NCBI GenBank assembly: GCA_918234285.1
Contig: CAKJXZ020000017.1
Location: 1-64,000 of the forward strand
Direction of reading: 5' to 3'
From: Pseudomonadota bacterium
Lineage (GTDB): Bacteria; Pseudomonadota; Alphaproteobacteria; RF32; CAG-239
Length of the DNA stretch: 64,000 nucleotides
Positions 29,579 through 38,458 of the stretch are shown here, one piece after another (positions within the stretch are counted from its first letter, which is position 1; every line of letters begins with the position of its first letter). A program made the position numbers and the translations under genes. The notes beneath the pieces were generated by a model. The model did no database searches and had not been told where the DNA came from. It saw only the letters and a list, made by a program, of their open reading frames with translations.

Positions 29579-32500
29579 ATGATGCATAATTTTGGAAAAT
29601 ATTTAACGGTTTTGTTGGCAAGCGCAGTGCTTAGCGGCAGTGCGTGGGCTTTTATACCGCCTGATTATGACCCGCTGAATCCAGGACAATGTTTTGAAGC
29701 AAACCTGAGCGGCACGCCGTCTGAGGCAACGTTGTTGACGTCTTCCATTAAAGAAGTTATGGAAGCTAAAGACACATTAACCGGGGTTACCGATGTCACC
29801 AGAGTTAAACAGTTGGCCAAAAAATATATACCTAACCTTGGCGAAGGTTTATTTAATCTGATGAAACAAAACGAAAAGAAAAAGAGTAAAGTTGTTACCT
29901 ATTCGCGCACCATCGAAAGCTGTAAAAATTATAAAGTTCCGGATAAAAACGGCAAACCGACATTGGTCGATTTAGAAAATAAGGAAGCGGTATCGCTGGT
30001 GAAAAAGGCGTTTATGAGATTGTTTTTCCAATACCCTTCCAAAAACAATCAAACCAAATATGCTTATGCTCAAAAGGGTGAACAGCTGAAAATGGATACG
30101 ACCATTGAGATGTTTATTACCGCCAAAGAAATGCAGAAAGAGCTGCGCGGTAAGGAAATCGAACTTTGGGGCAAGCCGTTGAATTTTTCGGACGATGATA
30201 TTGAAAGCAAACTTCAATCCGTAAAAATGAAAGATTTAAGTATGATATCACAGCTTCGTTTGTATGAAAGATGTATGGTGGCAAACGAATATTGCGATAT
30301 AGTCAAATTAACTTCGTGTACCGGATCCGGAGACGAGGGTGATGATAACGACGGTTCGGGCTCCGGCGATAACGAAGATATGGTATGTTTCTGGAACAGT
30401 GCCATTAAAGCGGAAAAGCTCTACGATACCATTATGATTTATAATGAATACGTAATAGCGATGCTGGCTCAATATCGTTCGGTTATGGGTATTTCGTCGA
30501 TTGCTAAGATAAATGAAGCACCGGATGAAGAAGAAGGCGATGCAAACGATACTTCGGCACTTGAGCCGACTTACTTCAATTACGGCGGTACCGTGGTTTC
30601 GCAAAAAATAACGGCGGATGCGATGTTTGCCGACAGAGCCGTATCTGAACGTGTGCTCGAAAAAGAAATGGGTAAATATCAAAGCATTTTGGACGATCCT
30701 TCCGATTATATGAGCGGTGATTTCGAACTCGGCAACGGTGCCAATGGTTATTCTACCGTAATAGGGACTCGCGGCGAAGGTTTTGCCGATTTGGCGAGTA
30801 TTGCCGCGGCAGAAGAGGATTTACAACGTGTGGAAAACATTCACAACGTGTTGCAACGTCTACCTGATTATGAAGATATTTATAAAAATTACAACTACAT
30901 CAAAGAAAGACATAATCTCAGCCGCAAAACGGTGGCAAAGTCTAGTGAGTGCGTTATGCATATGCTGTTGCCGTTCTATGTAGATCCGGCGGAGGCTTTG
31001 TTTGGTCCGAACGGATGTTCGTTGGGACATGACGAAAAAGGTTCACTGGATGGTAAGGTTGTCTGCCATTATATTAACGAAAAATCGTTTGAAGATCTTT
31101 CGGCATCGCAAGGTTTGATGGATGTTCCGTGCCCTGATAGTCCTCATAACAAGTGTTATGTTGTCCGTATAGACGATTACATCGATTCGTTTGATGAAGG
31201 AAAATTAGATGATGAAGAAGATAGCGATAGAGATGAGAAAATTCGGGAAAAGATAGATCCGGTAGATGCTTCAAAAGTCGGCGGAATTCTGCAGTATCTG
31301 GTTGATTTGTATCGAGCCGCAATCGACGGTAATGCAATATATGACCACGAAGAAACCGTGCTGAACGTCGAATCCAATGAAGCCGAAGGCGCAAACTATA
31401 CAGCGCACGTCGAAATCAGTTCGGATTCGGAAAATATGGAATTCGGTGATAAAACCAGAGCCTCGAAATATATGACTTTCTACGAGCCGAAGGAACAGAC
31501 ACCGGACGAGAATGAAGATCCGAATAAAGACGCTATCGACAGAAGAAAAGAAACAAAACTCGAGCAGCTCGAGGGCGAAACGGAAGAAGAAGATGCCTCC
31601 AGTATTTACATAACTCAGCGCGATGCGTCGAATGATCCGGATGAAATCGATGAAATGAAAAACAATATCGACGAAGATGATGAAGCGGAAGCCAAGGCTC
31701 CGGATACCAAAGACGGTAATTCTGAGGAAAATATGCTGTCGGATACTCAGATAGAGGATATTCTGCGCTGGACCATCGGTAAGGAAGTTATGAGCGTTTT
31801 GGCCGTCGATTTTGCTTGCGGTCTGAATATTGCCAATGCTGAGTGCTTTTTCGATCCGATTCACTTCTCCGATACTATAAGAGGCTACGGCGGATGGAAA
31901 GATTATAAAGAATTTTACGATCAGTATATTAACGGCAAATATGACAATATAAGAGATTACATCAGAACTGTTCCTGATTTTGTTTTGCTGATGAATATTG
32001 CCGGTTTGAGCAATATGCCGGTAATTAAGGAAGCATTGGATGCCTATCAGCAAATGGAAAATGAGAAGATTGAAGGTGTGATTGCCGCGCAAGATGCGAT
32101 GTTTGCCGAAATTGATAGAAAATATAAAAAGAAAATAGAACCTTGGGAAAAAGAGCGTAAAAAGTGGGTTGAAAGAAAAGAAGAATTTGCGATTAAGTTG
32201 AGCAAGAAAAACAGCGAATATAATCAGATGACCCGCGAAGTAGGCAGTGCCGAATTGGTTGAAGAAGTTTCGCAAACCGCTGCCGATGCCAACCGTAAAT
32301 TGTATGAGGAAGCCGGACGCGACGATGTTGATCCGGATAAAACTCCGCAGGCTCAAAAGTACAAAAAGCTGGATGAAGATTCGCAGGAAATAGCGGAAAT
32401 CGCCAGAAATAAAAAAGAACAGGCCGAAAGAGAAGCCAAAAAATATGAAGAAGAAATCGAGAAGTGTAAAGAAGAAATTGAAAAACTCGATGAAAAACTG

Positions 32501-34948
32501 ACCGAGGCTCATAATCAATATATCAAAGATATGAGTGATGCCGAATATATCGAAATGGTCAATATGCAGAGCACCGTCGATGCCTTACACGAAGCACGTG
32601 CGGAATTTAATCCTACGGACATAGAAATTGACGGCCAGACTCTCGATTTTTCGGAGGTATTGTCGGCATCAGGCGAGTTTTTGACCTGTGTTCGCGATAA
32701 ATTGGAGAAGATAGTTAAGGATACTCAAAAAGATGAAGACGATCCGCAGAAAGTAGGAACGATTTCGCGTATTCAGGTTCGCGGCTCGATATATTCCGTG
32801 AAAAACTATCCGAAGGAAGGCGATGTGAAGCATAGTATTTGGGCTATTCACCAAAAACTTATTCAGGATTTGAGTGAGTTTAATCCGGCGGAATGCGGCG
32901 GTTTACCGGAAATTCCGGGGCTTCCTGCCGCGATGCACTCCAATATATTCGCTTCAATTTGCGGTGACGACGGCGAAATATGCAAAAAACCGCCGGTAGA
33001 ACTTGACTTTGACCACGACAGAGATCAGGAATCGTGCGATAGCATTCAGCTGCCGGATGAAGATAAACCGGGCGGTTATTTTGTGGGTTTGATTGGTCAA
33101 CCGCTTGACTTTATGGCACCGCATCCTATCGGTTGCGGTCGGGGTGATGATGGTGTACCGTTGCGTGAAGTTGTCCATTTCTCCAACGATGATTTTGATG
33201 CCATTTCTATATATCATAAGGTTTCGGATGATGATATTCCGGTAGAGCGGGGGATGAATAAGTTGATGTTCTTCAGCCGTCGACTGTTCTTGAAAGAACT
33301 GTTGGGGGCACCGAATACCAACATTAATTCTACGGATAATTATATTGCCGGCGAAGATGTGGGTAAAACCGATATTTTACCGCGTTTCTGGCGGTGGATA
33401 TTGTTGCCGCGCACCTATGTTCAGAAACAATTTGATTTGTCTAAACTCATCGGTGTGGAAAATAGTAATGATGAAGAAGAAAGAATAAATGCCTTGCGTG
33501 CTCAACAGGATGTTCGCCGTTCCGGTTTGTATCCGTGTCGTTCTTATGAATACAATATGGAGGGCAAACGTACCGGCAGAACTTATTTAAATGCGAATAA
33601 GACGTCGACCGGTGTACCTGTTCAGTACTTTATTGATATCAACAGCGATTTCCAATATGCCGTTCCGAGAACTCCGTTGGAAAAAGATACGAGAGGAACC
33701 ATAAAATATCCTGTACCGTTGGAAGCCCGTGTAACGGACCATCCGGAGTGGGACAGATATTCCGCCACTTGGTATAGGGAAGATGCCGGTCCTGCAGAAA
33801 GAATAGCCGGTGTACCGGAATGCTTATCGCTTCAGGTTCGCGTTGAAAAACCGGAAACCGGAGAAGGTATCAAGATTTATGATAAAGAAGCCAGCGCGTT
33901 GATGGACAATCATTACTACGACTATGTACCTCCTTTCGGCGGCGAATATAAGCAAGAAAGCGAACTTGCTAAAATAATGACTTATTATCGTGAAGAAGAT
34001 ACCATGCGTCGTGACGGTTTTCCGCCGATTATAAGCAATCCTTACAACGAGGCTTATGTGAGCCATGAAGATGATGAAGCATGTATCGCAATCTGCGGCG
34101 GTAATCCTCAGTGTATATCCGATACGCCGGAATGTCAGAATGAAAGAGCCGGTAATGTACTTCGTTTGACCTTCAATGATACACTGGTTCGCGCCTTGTA
34201 TACTCATGTGGATGACTATGGCCAGGAGGAACACGAGGAAGAAACTTCACTCAAAGATGCAACAAATCGCGTCTTCTTGGAGAAAAACCAGCTTGGTGAT
34301 TTTCTGGAGCAGATTGAGATGATGCGGATTACACAAACCAATCTTCTCAATGCAGAAAAGAAGGCCAAGACAACGGAACTTTCGCTTGCTGATGTTTTGA
34401 AAGATACCGATTTTATATTCGGTGATGATTTCAATATGGCTTGCGAGATTGATATGGATAAATTCGATGAAGATGAAAATCCAAAAGAAATCGAAGAATT
34501 TGTTGAATGTCAATCGGATGACTATAAGCGATTGGTTAAACAGTTGCGTGATGAGAAAGATGCGGCAATCGCCAGCGCTATGAATAAGCTGTCCGAGGTC
34601 AAGGCCGTAGTTGTCACCGAAGAGGGTGAGGGCAATGTAATCGAAAGTATTAACCGCCGCCGTAGCGAGGTTATGCGTAAGGCTATGCTGTACCAACTTG
34701 ATACGCCGGAATATGCTAAGGAAAAATTGGGTATTGAAGATTATCCGGGTGATTTGGTTGTAATCACCGGAGATGAATGCTCGGTTGACGGCGATAAGCT
34801 TGATTGTTCGGAAATGGATGAAAAGATGAAGAAAGCCTATGCCGATTGGAAGGTTGTTGTCGAAACAGCCAAAGAGCAGGATGCGGAACGTATCAGTCGC
34901 TTAAAGAAGCATTTGCGCCCGTATTGCTCCGCATATCCTATAAAGTAA
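29579..34948 (+). CDS. Giant exported acidic, Cys-rich protein (1789 aa) within T4SS operon
   Basis: GGAGG SD; signal peptide (AWA); about 30 Cys; central coiled coil; no multi-pass TM region. Confidence 0.85.
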   Translation: MMHNFGKYLTVLLASAVLSGSAWAFIPPDYDPLNPGQCFEANLSGTPSEATLLTSSIKEVMEAKDTLTGVTDVTRVKQLAKKYIPNLGEGLFNLMKQNEKKKSKVVTYSRTIESCKNYKVPDKNGKPTLVDLENKEAVSLVKKAFMRLFFQYPSKNNQTKYAYAQKGEQLKMDTTIEMFITAKEMQKELRGKEIELWGKPLNFSDDDIESKLQSVKMKDLSMISQLRLYERCMVANEYCDIVKLTSCTGSGDEGDDNDGSGSGDNEDMVCFWNSAIKAEKLYDTIMIYNEYVIAMLAQYRSVMGISSIAKINEAPDEEEGDANDTSALEPTYFNYGGTVVSQKITADAMFADRAVSERVLEKEMGKYQSILDDPSDYMSGDFELGNGANGYSTVIGTRGEGFADLASIAAAEEDLQRVENIHNVLQRLPDYEDIYKNYNYIKERHNLSRKTVAKSSECVMHMLLPFYVDPAEALFGPNGCSLGHDEKGSLDGKVVCHYINEKSFEDLSASQGLMDVPCPDSPHNKCYVVRIDDYIDSFDEGKLDDEEDSDRDEKIREKIDPVDASKVGGILQYLVDLYRAAIDGNAIYDHEETVLNVESNEAEGANYTAHVEISSDSENMEFGDKTRASKYMTFYEPKEQTPDENEDPNKDAIDRRKETKLEQLEGETEEEDASSIYITQRDASNDPDEIDEMKNNIDEDDEAEAKAPDTKDGNSEENMLSDTQIEDILRWTIGKEVMSVLAVDFACGLNIANAECFFDPIHFSDTIRGYGGWKDYKEFYDQYINGKYDNIRDYIRTVPDFVLLMNIAGLSNMPVIKEALDAYQQMENEKIEGVIAAQDAMFAEIDRKYKKKIEPWEKERKKWVERKEEFAIKLSKKNSEYNQMTREVGSAELVEEVSQTAADANRKLYEEAGRDDVDPDKTPQAQKYKKLDEDSQEIAEIARNKKEQAEREAKKYEEEIEKCKEEIEKLDEKLTEAHNQYIKDMSDAEYIEMVNMQSTVDALHEARAEFNPTDIEIDGQTLDFSEVLSASGEFLTCVRDKLEKIVKDTQKDEDDPQKVGTISRIQVRGSIYSVKNYPKEGDVKHSIWAIHQKLIQDLSEFNPAECGGLPEIPGLPAAMHSNIFASICGDDGEICKKPPVELDFDHDRDQESCDSIQLPDEDKPGGYFVGLIGQPLDFMAPHPIGCGRGDDGVPLREVVHFSNDDFDAISIYHKVSDDDIPVERGMNKLMFFSRRLFLKELLGAPNTNINSTDNYIAGEDVGKTDILPRFWRWILLPRTYVQKQFDLSKLIGVENSNDEEERINALRAQQDVRRSGLYPCRSYEYNMEGKRTGRTYLNANKTSTGVPVQYFIDINSDFQYAVPRTPLEKDTRGTIKYPVPLEARVTDHPEWDRYSATWYREDAGPAERIAGVPECLSLQVRVEKPETGEGIKIYDKEASALMDNHYYDYVPPFGGEYKQESELAKIMTYYREEDTMRRDGFPPIISNPYNEAYVSHEDDEACIAICGGNPQCISDTPECQNERAGNVLRLTFNDTLVRALYTHVDDYGQEEHEEETSLKDATNRVFLEKNQLGDFLEQIEMMRITQTNLLNAEKKAKTTELSLADVLKDTDFIFGDDFNMACEIDMDKFDEDENPKEIEEFVECQSDDYKRLVKQLRDEKDAAIASAMNKLSEVKAVVVTEEGEGNVIESINRRRSEVMRKAMLYQLDTPEYAKEKLGIEDYPGDLVVITGDECSVDGDKLDCSEMDEKMKKAYADWKVVVETAKEQDAERISRLKKHLRPYCSAYPIK

Positions 34949-34969
34949 TAGGTTGAGGAGGGATAAAAA

Positions 34970-35722
34970 GTGGCTCAACTCGGCGACGGCGCAAAGCGAA
35001 TCTTAATAACGGACGGTAACCGGAAACCAAACACCGGTTACCAACCGCATTTTATCAACGATGTCAGACAGGAAACAACATCAAGTAAGGAGGTTTACTT
35101 CAGATGGCTGTCACGTTTGGTGATTTTGTGCGCCATTATCTCACTTAGTTTCTTTTTGAGTGCAACGCTGGTTATCTTCCGACTATCACGTGAAATTGTG
35201 GTGGAGCCGCTTTTGATAATCAATCAGAAAGATTCGGAAAATGTTGCCCGTTATGAACCGATTGATAAAAAAATGCCTTCGGAAAAGCAACTTACCGAGA
35301 TGTTTATACGGCAATATATCATCGTGCGCAACACCGTTATCAACGATGAACAGGAAATGCGCACACGTTGGGGCCCGGGCGGGATTGTGCAATATATGTC
35401 ATCGCCTGAAGTTTATCTGGATTTTGTCGGGAAAAATGTGAAAACAGTCGAGAAGATGTTCGATAATGGCTATTCCAGTGAAGTTCATATTGATAAAATC
35501 GGTAAAGAAAGCGAAGATTCTCCGGCCTGGTTGGTAACGTTTACCGTCTTCAACCTGTCTAGGTCACGCAATGCCTCCGGTTCCTTAACCTTAAAGACAA
35601 TGCGTTATAAAGCGTCAATAACCCCGGCTTATATCCCGGAACGGCGGCTTTTGAGGGTCAGATTATTAAATCCGATAGGGTTTACGGTTATCAAATATAG
35701 TCAAAGTGAAATAAGAGAATAA
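34970..35722 (+). CDS. virB8: T4SS VirB8, copy 1
   Basis: Single TM, VEPLL, FIRQYIIVRN, MSSPEVY..F, LNPIGFTV..Y C-terminal signature. Confidence 0.88.
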   Translation: MAQLGDGAKRILITDGNRKPNTGYQPHFINDVRQETTSSKEVYFRWLSRLVILCAIISLSFFLSATLVIFRLSREIVVEPLLIINQKDSENVARYEPIDKKMPSEKQLTEMFIRQYIIVRNTVINDEQEMRTRWGPGGIVQYMSSPEVYLDFVGKNVKTVEKMFDNGYSSEVHIDKIGKESEDSPAWLVTFTVFNLSRSRNASGSLTLKTMRYKASITPAYIPERRLLRVRLLNPIGFTVIKYSQSEIRE

Positions 35723-35869
35723 TTTGTTTAATTTATTTTAATCTTTTTATTTTATTATAATAGCCAGAGGAGTATCCGCATTTATCGGTTATTGCCGCAT
35801 AATGCCGATATTTACTGGGTGTTGGGAGATTCTCAACAACTGTCAAAAAAATAAAATGAGAGATATGAA

Positions 35870-36058
35870 ATGTATAAAAAATTTTTGATTTTTGCTATAC
35901 TTTTAATTCTGTCGGCTTGCAGTTTGTTCGGTTCGTATTATGAACCGGAAGCCGTGGGAATCGGTAAAGATGTCAATGAGCTGAAATTATCGCCTTGTGC
36001 CTGTATGCAAATTGATGTCATTAAAAACGTACCGGATTGGTTTTGGGAAACAATTTAG
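35870..36058 (+). CDS. virB7: VirB7-like lipoprotein
   Basis: Lipobox LSAC; LKLSPCAC resembles the SPC motif of ComB7/RvhB7-type proteins; directly upstream of virB8. Confidence 0.7.
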   Translation: MYKKFLIFAILLILSACSLFGSYYEPEAVGIGKDVNELKLSPCACMQIDVIKNVPDWFWETI

Positions 36059-36073
36059 GCGGGATTTAAATAA

Positions 36074-36826
36074 ATGGCGGATCAGTTAGGGGTAAATAAT
36101 ACACAGCAAAAGCTTATCGCTTCCGGACAAAGACGTCCGGTACAGGGCGCTCGTTCCGCAATTCAGCGGGAAATCGCACGCGATGAAGACAGTTTGGTGG
36201 TTAATGCCAGTGAAAGAAGATATTTGTGGACGGCGCGCGCTTTTGCGGTTGTCACGGCCATCAGCTTATGCTGCAATCTGATTTTATTGCTGACGATAGC
36301 CGCAATTTTGCCGCTGTACCGTGTTGAGCCGTATTTGTTGACTTTATCCAATAAATCCGAGCAGGTTTATAATATTGTTCCGTACAGTCGCGAAATGGAA
36401 GCTAAAAAATCCATTACGGAGACATTTATTCGCCAATACGTCTTGTTGCGCACAACCTTGCTTTCGGATATTGAAGAAATGGAAGCGCGGTGGCAGAACG
36501 GCGGTGATTTGCAAAAAATGTCGTCTCCGATGGTGTATCAGGAATTTATGAGCGAAACCGGCCCGAAACTGATGAAACGAATGAAGGAAGACGGTCTTAC
36601 CAGTAATGTTACGATTATTACGGTAAACGAAATTTCCGAGGCGGTGTGGCAGGTTGAATATAGCGTAGACTACTATTTGCCGTCATCATATACGCCTAAA
36701 AAGTTAAGATATCGCGCCAGCATGCGCATACAGTATGTTCCGCAACGCGTTTCATACAAAGAAAGACTGAAGAATCCGGTGGGATTTACCGTCCTGTCTT
36801 ATACGGTCAAACAAATCAAAGATTAA
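36074..36826 (+). CDS. virB8: T4SS VirB8, copy 2
   Basis: TM, LPLYRVEPYLL, FIRQYVLLR, MSSPMVYQEF, RLKNPVGFTVLSY. Confidence 0.9.
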   Translation: MADQLGVNNTQQKLIASGQRRPVQGARSAIQREIARDEDSLVVNASERRYLWTARAFAVVTAISLCCNLILLLTIAAILPLYRVEPYLLTLSNKSEQVYNIVPYSREMEAKKSITETFIRQYVLLRTTLLSDIEEMEARWQNGGDLQKMSSPMVYQEFMSETGPKLMKRMKEDGLTSNVTIITVNEISEAVWQVEYSVDYYLPSSYTPKKLRYRASMRIQYVPQRVSYKERLKNPVGFTVLSYTVKQIKD

Positions 36827-36841
36827 AGTTAGGATAAAACA

Positions 36842-38455
36842 ATGAGAAAGAGCATTAAAACATTGATATTGATGATTACAGGAATGTTATTTACGCATAA
36901 CCTGTATGCCGCCGGCTTGGTCACTGACGATAGTTTGAACCAATCGGCCGACCAGACACAGGGCAACTATCCTGTCCAGAATATGGGATATGCCGGTTTC
37001 GGAACCGGTATGTTTCAGGAAGCATGGCAGGATCCTTTGCAAAATTTAGGTGAGGGCCAGAGCAAACCTGCTTATTCCAGATATTATTGGTCTCCGGATT
37101 TGGTATTGCCGGTTCGTTTGCGTGAAGGTATGATGACTCTTATCAATTTTCCGGAATGGGAATTAGTGGAAGATGTTCAGATGGGTGATCCGAAAAATTT
37201 CGGCGCTCATATTAACAGACCGAGTTCTCTGGTTCTGTTTCCACTGACACCGTATGCCGTAGGGAGTGATACAAACCTGATTGTTTTCGGGCGTTCCGGT
37301 AACAAATATGTGTTTTATGTTCGCGGTGAAGGGGTTAACACCGAAAGAATTACCAACTCCATCATAGATATTGATGTTGTCGACAATGTCGGCGCGTCGG
37401 GAGGTAGTCCCAGGGGTAGCGGGCAGATAGCCGGCAGCCATCCGGGCAGCATGGGATTTGATAACAACAGTAAAAGAGTTGACACCACATATACCAGACG
37501 CTTTCTGAAGGAAGATTGGCTTAAGAGTATTCCGATGGATCCGGAAAAGTTTCGGTTTGACATAGAAATTTATGTTCCTAATCCGGATGATGTTATTATT
37601 GCTCCGGAGCGGGTATGGCATGACGATATTTTCACCTATATAGATTTGGGTGAAAAAGCTATAAATATGGTTCAGCGCCCGATTGTGACGATGATTATCG
37701 AACGTTCGGAGACACCGGTCGGATTTCGTACCAAAGGACCGAATAATCGCTTGATTATTGTCGAGGGTGTCGGCGATATGGTTATGCGCAGCGGCAAGCG
37801 AATGGTATGCTTGAAAATGCGTCGTTCCGATGATGAGGGAACTCAATATGTTACCTATGCCGATACCAGCAACGAATGGGATGTCGCACCGGCAATTCCG
37901 GGAGGAGCAAATAGCGGCAGCGGTGCAACCGGTGGTGCGGCCGGCGGTGCAATCGGAGTCGGAGGTGCTGCCGGAAACGGCGGAGTTTCGGCTAACGGCG
38001 GCGGTAATGCCGGTATGAGAGTTGATAAAGACGGCGGGGTGTACATGCCTAACGGTGCGGCCGGAAGCTTCGGCGCAGGAGCTGTCAAAGATGCCGATTG
38101 CAACGGAATGACTTCAGTAAATGTCGGAGATGACCCGAGATTTAAGAATATTCAGTCGCAATATCGTTACGGCAGCGGCTTTGAAGGACAAACTTCTGAT
38201 GCTCTATCGATAGAGTTGGGAACAGACTCCAATGTCAACAATTTGGAAGCATTGTGGCATGATTTATCAGGTCGTTATTCCTCATTGTTGGGCAGTTATG
38301 AGCCGTTCTATTCCGTTGACGCTCCGGCAGACGGACAGGGGAAGGAATTATTCCACCTGCGGATAGGCCCGGTTAAGAGTTTGGACAGCGGTGATGCCGT
38401 ATGCAGCCAATTAGGGCGCAACGGAGTGTTTTGTAGTGTAGTTAGGGTGCAATAG
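36842..38455 (+). CDS. virB9: T4SS VirB9/TrbG with C-terminal SPOR domain
   Basis: Signal peptide; Y.WSPD.V..V..R.G..TLI.F..WE.V..V..GD, TNLIV, IAPERVWHDDIFTY, LRSG-like end; Gly-rich linker; SPOR pattern IELG...W..L...LRIGP.......C..L...G..C.VV. Confidence 0.88.
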   Translation: MRKSIKTLILMITGMLFTHNLYAAGLVTDDSLNQSADQTQGNYPVQNMGYAGFGTGMFQEAWQDPLQNLGEGQSKPAYSRYYWSPDLVLPVRLREGMMTLINFPEWELVEDVQMGDPKNFGAHINRPSSLVLFPLTPYAVGSDTNLIVFGRSGNKYVFYVRGEGVNTERITNSIIDIDVVDNVGASGGSPRGSGQIAGSHPGSMGFDNNSKRVDTTYTRRFLKEDWLKSIPMDPEKFRFDIEIYVPNPDDVIIAPERVWHDDIFTYIDLGEKAINMVQRPIVTMIIERSETPVGFRTKGPNNRLIIVEGVGDMVMRSGKRMVCLKMRRSDDEGTQYVTYADTSNEWDVAPAIPGGANSGSGATGGAAGGAIGVGGAAGNGGVSANGGGNAGMRVDKDGGVYMPNGAAGSFGAGAVKDADCNGMTSVNVGDDPRFKNIQSQYRYGSGFEGQTSDALSIELGTDSNVNNLEALWHDLSGRYSSLLGSYEPFYSVDAPADGQGKELFHLRIGPVKSLDSGDAVCSQLGRNGVFCSVVRVQ

Positions 38456-38458
38456 CAA

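Noticed and set aside
31271-32518. 415-aa minus-strand ORF (also 39257..40408, 37163..37846, 40949..41626, 55199..55870)
   Set aside because: Antisense shadows of real genes with biased codon usage; F/I-rich nonsense composition, no SD
24822-34948. Rickettsia-like multiple VirB6 genes after virB4
   Set aside because: None of the six proteins has the multi-pass hydrophobic VirB6 core
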